A stretch of 64,000 bases of DNA, taken from Camelus ferus. Lineage: Eukaryota. The DNA lies in contig NC_045696.1 of assembly GCF_009834535.1 (NCBI RefSeq), positions 55,740,001 through 55,804,000 on the forward strand, read 5' to 3'. Under the pieces are notes generated by a model. The model ran no database searches. It worked only from the letters and a program-made list of their open reading frames with translations, and was not told the DNA's origin. Within the stretch, counting starts at the first letter, position 1, and every line of letters begins with the position of its first letter. A program made the translations under genes and the position numbers. Positions 50,906-62,475 of this stretch are shown one piece after another.

Positions 50906-52973
50906 AGAAGAGGTAAAAGTGTCACTATATGCAGATGACATGATACTATATATAAAAAAACCCTAAAAGGTCCACACAAAAACTACTAGAAATAATCGAA
51001 GAATTCAGCAAGGTAGCAGGTTACAAGATTAATGTTCAAAAATCAGTTGCATTTCTTTACACTAATGATGAATCAACAGAAAAAGAAAGTAAAGAAACAA
51101 TCCCCTTTAAAATAGCACCCAAAGTAATAAAAATACCTAGGAGTATATTTAACCAAGGAGGTGAAAGAATTATACACAGAAAACTATAAAACACTGATGA
51201 AGGAAATTAAAGAAGACTTAAAAAAATGGAAAGATATCCCATGCTCCTGGATTGGAAGAATTGATATTGTTAAAATGGTCATACTGCCCAAGGCAATCTT
51301 CAGATTTAATGCAATCCCTATCAAATTACCCGGGACATACTTCACAGAACTAGAACAAATCATAATAAAATTTATACACAACCACAAAAGACCTAGAATT
51401 GCCAAAACGTTACTGAAGAAAAAGAAAGAGGCTGGAGGAATAACTCTCCCAGATTTCAGACAATACTATAGAGCTACAGTAATCAAGACAGCATGGTATT
51501 GGTACAAAAACAGACATATAGACCAATGGAACAGAATAGAGAGCCCAGAAATGAACCTACAAATTTTTGGTCAACTCATCTTCGACAAAGGAGGCAAGAA
51601 TATACAATGGAATAGAGTCTCTTCAGCAAATGGTGGGAAAACTGGACAGCAGCATGTAAATCAATGAAGCTAGAACACTCCCCTACACCATACACAAAAA
51701 TAAATTCAAAATGGATCAAAGACTTAAACATAAGACAAGATACAATAAACCTCCTAGAAGAAAATATAGGCAAAACATTATCTGACATACATCTCAAAAA
51801 TGTCCTCCTAAGGCAGTCTACCCAAGCAATAGAAATAAAAGCAAGAATAAATAAATGGGACCTAATTAAACTTACAAGCTTCTGCACAGCAAAGGAAACC
51901 ATAAGTATAACAAAACGACAACCTACGGAATGGAAGAAAATTTTTGCAAATGAAACCAACAAAGGCTTGATCTTCAGAATACATAAGCAGCTCATACGAC
52001 TTAATATGAAAAAAACAATCCAATCCAAAAATGGGCAGAAGACCTAAACAAGCAATTCTCCAAGGAAGACATACAAATGATCAATAGGCACATGAAAAAG
52101 TGCTTAATATCGCTAATTATCAGAGGAATGCAAATCAAAACTACAACGAGGTATCACCTCGCACTAGTCACAATGGCCATCATTCAAAAACCCACAAATG
52201 ACAAGTGCTGGAGAGGCTGTGGAGAAAAGGGAACCCTCCTACAGTGCTGGTGGGAATGCAGTTTGTGGAAAACAGTATGGAGATTCCTCAAAAGACTAGG
52301 AATAGACTTACCATATGACCCAGAAATGCCGCTCCTGGGCATAAATCCAGAAGAAACCCTACTTCAAAAAGACACCTGCACCCCAATGTTCACAGCAGCA
52401 CTATTTACAATAGCCAAGACATGGAGACAGCCTAAATGTCCATCAACAGATGACTGGATAAAGAAGATGTGGTATATTTATACAATGGAATACCATTCAG
52501 ACATAAAAAACAATGTAACTCCATTTGCAGCAACATGGATGTTCCTGGAGAATGTCATTCTAAGTGAAGTAAGCCCGAAAGAGAAAGAAAAATACCATAT
52601 GAGATCGCTCATGTGTGGAATCTTAAAAAAAAAAAAAAAAAAAAAAAACAGAACATAAATACAAAACAGAAACAGACTCATAGACACAGAATACAAAACT
52701 TGTGGTTACCAAGGGGGAGGGAGGTGGGAAGGGATAGACTGGGAGTACAAAATTTGTAGATACTGACAGGCATATGTAGAATAGATAAACAAGATTATAC
52801 TGCATAGCACAGGGAAATATATATAAGATCTTGCTGGTAGCTCACAGCAAAAAAAAAAAAAAAAGTGACAATGAATATATGTACGTTCATGTATAAGTGA
52901 AAAATTGTGCTCTACACTGGAATTTGACACAACATTGTAAAATGACTATACCTCAATAAAAAATGTTTAAAAA
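50906..52973 (+). mobile_element. 5'-truncated LINE-1 (3' ~2.07 kb of ORF2 plus 3' UTR), frameshifted; antisense within TMEM39A intron
   Basis: ORF fragments [33 protein letters not shown] and [14 protein letters not shown] lie in successive broken ORFs. YADD at 50928-50939, AATAAA plus A tail at the 3' end, and TSD AAAGG(C/T)TTAGA at 50895-50905 and 52974-52984. Confidence 0.95.
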
Positions 52974-53500
52974 AAAGGTTTAGAGCATGGAGGGCTTTGT
53001 AAGGTAAAGAAAATGATTCATTCGAAGAATTTTAGAGGGTTAGTAACATAATTCAACTTCCACTTTGAAAATCATTCTGGCTACAATGAAAAATAGTGTG
53101 GAAGATGACAAGAATAGATTACCAGAAGACCAGATGGAGATTTAGAATAGCAGAGATTATGAAGAGCAGTGGACAGATTCAAGATATATGTAAGAGCTAC
53201 AACTGTTAGTCTTTTGACTAATTTACACTAAATTGAGAAGCTATTTGAGAATCAAATTAAAATAATAACAAAAAAAAAAGGAAACAAAAAAGAGGCCGGA
53301 GTCCCTTTTGTTAACCAATGAATAGATAAGAAAATAAAGATGTAGTTACAGCTACTGCCTAGCATTTTAATTTTTAACGAATAATGATGCATTTATTAAA
53401 GCAAATGTGAAAGAAAATGAAAGTTAGCTTGAAAGTCCTAATTGCCTTAATATTTTAACTTAGTTACCTAGTATTTTAAATTTCTGATAGTTGGGTTTTT

Positions 53501-53547
53501 GGGTATGTATATTTTTTATTGAAGTACAGTCAATTTACGTTGTGTCT
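53501..53547 (-). mobile_element. Ultra-short L1 3'-end insertion with TSD
   Basis: TTTTTTATTGAAGTACAGTCAATTTACGTTGTGTC is the reverse of an L1 3' terminus, flanked by ATTTCTGATAGTTGG(G)TTTTT direct repeats. Confidence 0.7.
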
Positions 53548-54191
53548 ATTTCTGATAGTTGGTTTTTAAATTGAAATTAGGTAAAAGTTAGATTATAAAT
53601 CTTTTAAAAAGTAAAGAAGGTAAATGTATTTAGACCTAAAATTTGTTTCAATTACATACTTGTTTCATTGTTTTACAAGGCTGTGGAGAGCCTCCAAGAA
53701 TGAGTAAGCTTCTTTATATATCTAAAAAGACATGAAAAAGTTTGCTAGCCATTTTGATGGGGATTGTACTCCTCTCCAGTCTGGCCAAAATATTCCTTAA
53801 TATATCCGTACCAAGCTAGATATGGCTAACCTTCTAAACGATTCAACCAGCTATTGTTGGTAAACAGAGTAACTAAACCATTTGTTTCCAACTTAAACAG
53901 CTGAAATATTAATACAGAAATACAGAAACTGATGTAAAATATATAGCATACACCTTATAAGAAATACGAATCATGAAAAATGATGTTTATAACATATAAA
54001 GTTCACTCTATGAACTGAGTTGATGAGTGCCTTAAATAACTGTTTAAGCAATATTATTAGACTTAACAAAGAACCGCTAGAATGACTATTCCTGCCAACT
54101 TGGCTGCACAATCTCTGAGTATGCCTTTACTTTACACTGTGACTACCCATATAAATACATGCTTACACTTCAGCACCATAAATGGTATAAA

Positions 54192-54378
54192 GTAATGATT
54201 CTCAAACTTGAGCAAGCATCAGAATCATCTGGAGGGCTTGTTAAGAGACAAACTGCTGAGCCCTACTTTCTAGAATTTCAGTTTCAGTTTGGGGTAGATT
54301 CTGAGAATTTCTATTTCTAACAAATTTCGAGGTGATGCTGATGCTGTTGTTCTGTAAACCACACTTTGAGAAACACTG
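54192..54378. mobile_element. MER5A hAT-Charlie element
   Basis: TGATTCTCAAACTTGAGCAAGCATCAGAATCATCTGGAGGGCTTGTTAA...CACACTTTGAGAAACACTG. Confidence 0.8.
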
Positions 54379-54939
54379 AATTTAGACTGATGGTTAAGAC
54401 AAGGGCCCTGGAATCCAAAAGACCTGAGTCCTTCTTCATTGTCTAACCACGGGAAAGTTTTTTAATCACTTAATCCATTTTAACCTATGGCAAAGACTGC
54501 TAATTTTCTGCCAATAGCCACTGTTCCGTTCTTCCATAGCAACAGAATTTTTAGTTGAGATACAGCTGCCCTGCTAAAGACTTATTTTCCAGCCTCCTTT
54601 GCAATCTATGCTGCTAGGGAGGGTGGAGCAAAAGGACAGCAGGAGCCTAGGTCTTGACACTAAAGAGCTGCCACCACTATCCACGATACATTTCATACAT
54701 ACTGTACAGGAGAGAAGAACAAACTTCTAACTTTTTAAAGCCACTAGTATTTTGTCTTTGTCACAGCAGACTAAATATGCTACATCCTGGGTTACTGTGA
54801 TGATTTCATGAGGTGATGTTTATAAACACCACCTAGCCGAACACTTAACACATCATAATAGCTTAATAAATTACTGCAATCTATTAATATCTGATGAAGA
54901 AAGTATTAGCCAAATGTATACAAGTATACAAGCTAAAAA

Positions 54940-55945
54940 TATGCAAAATAGTTAGTGTAATAAGCTAATATGTACCATAAGATACCACTAAACAACCATC
55001 AGGAAGGCTACAATTTTAAAAATGGAAAACATAAACTGCTAGCAAAAACATGGAGCAACCAGACTCTTCCAGAATTGATGGGAGGATAAAGTGACACCAC
55101 TCCTTTGGGAAAAAGTCTGGTAGACTTTTATAAAACTATATATACTCCAACATACTCCTATATTGTGGCCTAGCAATGCCACTCCTAGATACTTCTCTCA
55201 AGAGAAGGAAGAGGTATCCTCACAAAAAATGCTAGCATAAGAATGTGTGTAAGTTTTTATTTTTAATAGTAGTCAAAAACTGGAAACAACCCAGGTGTCC
55301 AACAATAGGAGAATAAACAAACTGTAGTATATTCATACAATGAAATATTACTGACACATGCAACCACATGGACAAATCTAAAAAACAACATGTTGAGTCA
55401 AAGAAGGCTTACACAAAAGAACATATGGTACGGTTCCATTTACATGAAATTCTAGAAATGGCAAACAAATCTATGGCAGAAAAAAAATCAAAACAGTGGT
55501 TGCCTCTGGGAGGCAGGGGTAAGGTTTGACTGGAAAAGCGTATGAAGGAACCTCTGCAGTAATGGTGATGTTCTATACTGGGATGGGGCTTTGAGTTACA
55601 CAGATACATGCATTTATCAAAACTCAGCAAATGAACACAAGAGTTCTATGAATTTTACTGTGTATGAATTTTACTGGAAAAGAAAAGACTAAACAAATAT
55701 CCAACTCTAGTTATTGATAGGCATATGCTGATATATTTTGGGAGAAGTAAACTGAGGTCTGCAATTTAACTTTGAAATGTACCAAAGTTAGATGGATTGA
55801 TAGAGGGACAGAAGAATGGAAGGACAGATGTATGTTATGCAATAATAGTAAAATATTTATAGGTAGACTCTAAGTGGGGGTTACACAGGTGTTTGCTGAA
55901 AAATTCAATTTTGTGTTTAAAGGTTTTCATAAAATATTCAAAAAA
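54940..55945 (+). mobile_element. Old L1M 3' fragment
   Basis: AAAAACTGGAAACAACCCAGGTGTCCA...TTCCATTTACATGAAATTCTAGAAATGGCAAA...CAGTGGTTGCCTCTGGG. Confidence 0.7.
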
Positions 55946-56385
55946 GTGTAAAATCTATAGGGCTTGAATATGGCATACTTATATTACATGAATCCAAAGA
56001 TTAAAGGAATTTGACCAAAAGGTTAAGACTGGTTAAGTCAGTTCGTTCAACTAATGTTCACCACCATTTGAGCCAATATAGGCATTACCTGGAGGCTTTA
56101 TTTGGTGACCAGAGCTAATGAAAATATTCTCCATTGCTAAGAGAGCCATACCTGCCAGGTTTCCTGGGATAATCTTGGTTTATGTCTACTGTCCCAATTG
56201 TATCCCAGTTTAGGAAATAAATTACATGGTCACTCTACCCATGGATTTTTCCAATTTTCTGAACTCTTGATACTCTTGATTTATATTTAAGAATTTCATT
56301 TTCCTCCCTTATACACTATCATTTTCATGATCCAAATAATTTCTTAGAAGACTTACTAACAAAATAAAATAACTGGAGTACTCAC

Positions 56386-56540
56386 GGGTAGCCAAGGAAA
56401 AGGAGATTGAGGACTGAATGGCTTCGGAAGAGATTGACGAGCGTCCAACAAAGTACCCATCCACACAGAGTAAGTAGCACCAAGCGAGCTGATATCAGAA
56501 CCATGTAGTGAATCATTGATGCTGCACCCGCCTTAGTGGC
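56386..56540 (-). CDS. TMEM39A: TMEM39A coding exon (~exon 5)
   Basis: ttacag|GCC...TACCC|gtgagt, 155 nt. [51 protein letters not shown](P). Confidence 0.96.
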
Positions 56541-59500
56541 CTGTAAGTTTGGAAGCACCAAAAAGAACAGTTTATAAATGACCTTTGTCATTTATGTGAC
56601 TCAACCAAGGACTAAGTAGATTTAGTGGAAGGTGAACTGTGGAAATTAAAAAAAATGGAAGGAAGGGAGAAAAGAAGAAAAACTGCCCATCCCACCATAT
56701 CTTCCTCATTCCTGAAGATTCAGACTTCTCCAGTTAGTTGTTTTCTTCTTGTATTCCCATAGTGCCTCACACAGATCTCCTTTAAGTTCTTATGATATTG
56801 TCTAATTTATTTATATTGGGGCTTCTCAAAGTATGTTCCATGAACCACATTCATCAGAATCCCTGGGGCTACTTACTGAGCATGCAAATTCCTACTGACC
56901 TTCATCACTAGATATAGGGAACAAAATCACAAGTCAAGGAGCCTGTAGTTTTACAACCCATCAGGTGATTTATATATATATAAAGATAGTGAGCCACTAA
57001 TTTATCTGACTCTGGACTAGGCTGCAATGGCCTCAACAGAAGCTACAGTGTTTCTACTTTTCTTTGAATCCTCCCCACAATCTGTTTGCTGAATTAATGT
57101 TTAATAAATTACTGAGGCTTCAAAAAATAATCAGATCTTCTTTGACAAATCTCTTAATAAATGTTTCTTTTTTGACTTTCACAAACATCAAAATAATGTA
57201 TGATCACACTTCCAATTATTTACGTCAAAGCTGTTCAAATATTCTTCTTTAATCCCAGATCTTTAAAACTGATCAAATATAGAAAGAAAACATACTTGTC
57301 TAAACATGAAGCTCTGCAATGTTATTTTCTTTCAAAATGAACTAAGAAGGAGAGAATGAGTGAGATGCAGGGGAAAATGATAGATTCCTATAACCTCTAA
57401 AACAGCAAGCAGTGTCAGAACCCAGAAAACAATTCTCTACAGTCAACAGCACATGGTAAGGGATGAGTAATTTTTCAGGTTCCTCCTATATATCCATTTC
57501 TTAGTTCACCCAAAACACTACATAGCATGTATAATATTTATAAATACATGCTATTTATGTAGTCATCTATAAATCAAAGAATTAGCTGAATTAATACTAC
57601 TGCTTGAGCCTCAAACTGTGGAGTAGGATCAAACTGTGCTCAGCCACAGCAGGACAAACAGTTGCACATCACTCCCCAGATACACACCTCATGCCAATGT
57701 ACTGCATGTGTCAAAGCCAAGGGAAGGCATTTAAACCACTGAAAATACTCCACTGCCTCCATTCGCAAACGTTTGGAGTTAGGCATAGAAAAGGCTGCTT
57801 CTGCTCAGTGTCACCAGAGGGCAGCAGAGGTTGGACGTAGTCATCATTTTTACCTTATTCCAGAGCCCAAGCTCTTAACCACTGTGGTATCTATGTGTGA
57901 CAAGACACTATACCAGGTCCTGGGGATACAGTGGTAACCAAGACAAATAAAACCTCTGTCTTTATGAGACTGCCCAACCAAGGAAGACAAATATTAAACT
58001 TAATTTACACAATTATTTTTACACTTGTGGTAAGTGCTATAGGAAAAGAGTAGGCTGCTATTGAGACTAAATACCAGGAGACCCTAATCCAGGAAAGGCT
58101 TCCTGAGGAAGCACTATTTCAGCTGGGATCTAAAAGATAAGCAAGAATTAGCCAGGTAAGGAGTAGAAAAATATTTCTAACACTATGTTAAGTGAGAAGT
58201 ACAGGATATAAAATTGTGTACAGATAATGTCCTATATAACCAGACAATACACAGATAATGTCCTAAAGATACACATGTATTTTTTTCTCTGTGTGCATCT
58301 AAAAATTAGAAGGAAATATACCAAAATGTGGTTCTCTCATAATGAGAAAATAAATATTTTTAAAATAAACCATTAAAAAAATTCTCTCCTTTATATTTTA
58401 GTGCTTTCTGTTCTTTTTTTTCCAATAAAATGTATTACTTTTCTATTTAGAAAAACAATTTTTTTAGAAAGACAGTGGCCTATGGTTGGTGAAAGAATAG
58501 CTGAATAACTTTTGTCTTGTGGAGTGAGTAGAGAAGTAGAATTGGCCTGGAGGTGAATAAACAGTCTATCTAGTTAGACAGGTATTCTTCCTGGGGTAGT
58601 ATTTACTTTTCTAAATTAATTATTTCCAGCCCAGCCTCTCCTTAAAAATGATTGGTCTTTCTCAGGGTAGAGAGCCTTTCTGTGGTATAAGCCAAAAAAA
58701 GGCAAACATTTTTTGACGAAAGGAAGGAAAGATGATTTATGATGGGTCTTACTCATCTAATTTAGACATTTTAGGAAGAGAATCACTATACAGCTCATAT
58801 TTTTGACTTCTGAATAGTAATATATTGACATTGCTCAAATACAAAACATATACAGTGTTTGTAATGAAGTGTCCCTCCTACCGGTCCTCTCTCCCAGTCA
58901 TTAACTAAATAGCCAATTACTAGTTTGTGTGTCATTATGGAGATAATTTATTCATATATAAGCAAATATATTTTGTTCCTTCCACCTGTCTTATTTTAAA
59001 CACAGTTCTGCAATTTACTTTTTTTCACTTAATATCTTAAAAGTTAGTACACAAAGGCACTTTTACTTTTAATGGCTGCATGCTATTCCATTATGTAGAT
59101 ATGCCATACTTTATTTAAACATTCCCTTTCTGATAGATTAAGGTATAAATTAAGTCTCTGACTAGAAATTTATTTAAATTTAGCTTAAGAATTTTGCTCT
59201 CAGTAAGAATGACAGGTTTCCTTAGAAAACAACTAGTTTATTTTCCAACTAAGGTCATGCAAAAGCTGTTAAACTATTCTTAAGCCATTAATAAAAGAAA
59301 CAATAGAGTCCTTCAAGTTATAGCCCTTGTAGCTCCAAAGTAGAAACTCCAATTATAAAGGGTTTACACACTAATTAGACATACTAATTTGACATATGTA
59401 AGTACTGTTTCTAAGTAACTGAAGATACGAAACAACATCATTCTCTGCCCGTTTTAACAGATGTAAACATAAAACTTCCTCTAAAGAAAGAACAGTTTCT

Positions 59501-60501
59501 CAATATGTCCAAAAATAAGCATCTATTTTCATGACCTAAATAAGGGACCTAGGAGAAAAGGTTATTGACAGCCTTTGCCACCATGAAAAACAGACGATCC
59601 TACTACTAATGTTTTTAAGCTAACATTAAACAGATCTCAGATTATGACTTAATATCTGCAATTATTCTGTGCTCACATAAATAAGGTTCCTGAAAGATCT
59701 TACATACACAGACTTTACTGTATGTTTTGGGAAAAAAAGTTGACTCTGTGATTATAGCAATTATTCATTCAAAATTTAACAATGAATTATAAACTTCAAG
59801 ATTAAAATTATTAGCCACTATAGCTAAGTGAACATTTTTTGTTTTTGTAATCATTTACAGGACACAAGATAAAATCTTAAAGAAAACACATTTACCTCCC
59901 TCACTGGGTTTACAAATATATATAAAAAAAGATACCAATGGTCATTTCATAAAAAGATCATATTAATGTCCCAATTCTTTTCTCCACTGCCCACTAAATT
60001 TGAAGGTACTAACCTTCCAGATTAGTCCTATGCAAATCTGGATGCTGTCATTTTTAAATTCCACATTTTAGTGAACTCAAACCAATGTCTCTGCTGGCAA
60101 CTCCACAAATAGTATATAAATAATTTCAAGTGAATGTTACTTGAAACAATGTTTTATATGCAACTGTTCATTTACATGTAACTCTTCATATCAATAGTTA
60201 CTTAAAATCCATCTTATTTTTACTGTAACTATCAAAATGAGAAAGACTGCACTGAAGAACTTGGAAGCTAGAAATAAGCTCCTACCAAACAAATGAGATT
60301 TCTAACAGTTCTCTTGAGTTATATCACACTTGAATTTTAAATACATTTTAAGAAAATCTTTTAAAAAGAACCAGCACAATTCATGTGACAGTAAAGAAAT
60401 TAATTTATAATTGCATTCAAATTATACTTGGACATTTCACATTTTCAGAACCCCTTCTACTAACTAACTCTAGCTACCAGTGATAAAATATGAATGAGCT
60501 G

Positions 60502-60683
60502 GGCCTCTCTCGCTCCCTCTTCTTCAGAGATGGCCCACACTCTGTCTATGGAGTGTATATGTACTTTTACTTTAACCTGAGCACCCAACCCCCACACCTT
60601 GTGGCCTTTCTCTTGCCTTACACTCTATGCAGTATGTATCTCTCTAAATAAATCTACCTTCGCTCAAAAAAAAAAAAAAAAAA
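60502..60683 (+). mobile_element. Polyadenylated, TSD-flanked retroposed fragment resembling the 3' part (U3-R) of an ERV LTR
   Basis: AATAAA followed about 13 nt later by an A19 tail; 17-nt TSD at 60485-60501 and 60684-60700 (15/17 identical). Confidence 0.75.
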
Positions 60684-60704
60684 AGAATATGAACGAGCTG
60701 TTAC

Positions 60705-60788
60705 CTCTGAGATGAGGGCCCATACAAGCCTCCGCGCAAGCATGACGGTAATGAATGCTGCTAGGTGGTAATCAATGAGATGAAAATT
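60705..60788 (-). CDS. TMEM39A: TMEM39A coding exon (~exon 4)
   Basis: ttatag|AAT...TCAGAG|gtaaca, 84 nt. [28 protein letters not shown]. Confidence 0.95.
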
Positions 60789-61334
60789 CTATAAGAGAAA
60801 CAAACAACTGTATCAGGAAGAAATGTGTGTACCCAGTTGGAACTACTACATGAAAGGGTCTGCCCCCTCAAAAGATCTTCTTATCACCTTAAATGAAAAG
60901 ATTACAGCTTTGGGTTAACAAGTGATAACCTGCAGAATTATGGTAAGAATAATTTATTTAAAATGCTGTATTTATAAAGAGTGTCAAATTTAAATTCCCA
61001 GTCTTCAAGAGTTACTGTTGTTGGTCTCTCTTTATGAAAGCTTATGTTAATCTAATTGAGCATCTGCTAACCTGAACTCTCTACTCACTGATACATCAAT
61101 TACATTCAGTCTTTCTCCTTAACTTTAGAAACATGTCATGTTTGCTCTCTTCTTCCTATGAAATGACAGCATTACCTAGATGCTATGTATGGTTCCTTCT
61201 AGTTCTAAGTCTGTATACTATGATAATAAACAAAATGAAAAGTCATTAGCAACAAACAAAATTGGGATACATTTTCATTTTGATGGTCAAAAGGTCTATA
61301 AGTTTCCACAGTCCTTCTTCCAGAATTCCTCAAT

Positions 61335-62475
61335 TAACTCTTTCAATAAATACGTACTGGCACCCACGATGTGCCAAGTAGTCTTCTTGATACTGTAGAA
61401 ACAATGCTGAAGAAAGACAAGGTTCCTGCTCTCCTGGATCTTACTATTTGCTGCAGTATGAGAGGGATAGGCAGTGGCAGAGATAACTAGTTGTCTCCTC
61501 TGTGATCACAAAATTTAAGTGGGCACTGATTCCTAGCTGACTGAAGGTTCATTCCCCAGCCTCCCTTGCAAAAACTACTTGTAGCTAACGGACATGAGGG
61601 GAAGTGATGAGTACAACTTCCCAGGCATGCCCTCAAAGCAAAGAGCTGTTTCTTTCTCCTTTCTTCCTTCCTGCCAGCCAGATGCGATGACAGGAGTTGG
61701 AGCGGCTACTTTGGACCATGGTGTTTGGAAAAAGCATGTTGAAGGTGGCAGAGCAACAGATACAAAGAGATGCCACTGTGGCCCTATATCACTTGCCTGA
61801 TTTTTATTAAATAGAGAAATAAGCTTCTATTCTGTTTTAGATACCATTATAGCAGCTAAACTCACATCTTTAATGAATTTGCTTAAGGGGGAAGGGCAAT
61901 GATAATAAAAGGGCTAACAAGCAAAAGCAGTCCAAACAGTTATGCTGCGGGTAAGAAATAAAAGAGTGATAAATAACAACTGGGAAGGGAGGTGCAGAGC
62001 CAATTTAAATTGGTGGTTAGGGAGGATATCTCTGAGAAGGTGGTATTTCAGCTGACAGCTGAATGACAAAAAAGTACCAGCCGTGACAAGATACGGGAGC
62101 AGAGAGTTCTAGGCAGAGGAAAAAGTAATCACATAGGCTCTAAGGCAAGAAAATACTTGCCTGGTATGTCTGAAAATCAGCAAGAAGGCTGGAGAGAGAT
62201 AATAAGCAATAAGAGATCGAGTTTATGTATCTTTTGGCTAAGGGGAAGTCATAGGAGTGTTTTAGGCAAAGGGTGCCATGATTGTATTTGTATATTTACA
62301 TGGTCACACTCATTGCTATGTGCAGACTATACTGTATTGGGGCAAGATCAGTTACAAAGCTATTTCTTTTAATTCAAGTGAGAAAAGATGATGAATTGAA
62401 CAGGGTCAGTAGCAATGGAGATGGAGTGGCCAGATTTGGGATACATTTCAAAGGTAGAGCAGTCAGAATGTCAAG
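61335..62475 (-). mobile_element. L2 fragment with a probable MLT-like insertion (~61465-61865), approximate
   Basis: TTCAATAAATACGTACTGGCACCCACGATGTGCCAAG is an L2 end; GGATACATTTCAAAGGTAGAGC is an L2 body motif. Confidence 0.5.

Noticed and set aside
51161..52658. L1 ORF2 fragments as a functional gene
   Set aside because: 5'-truncated, frameshifted, with small deletions; a dead L1 copy.
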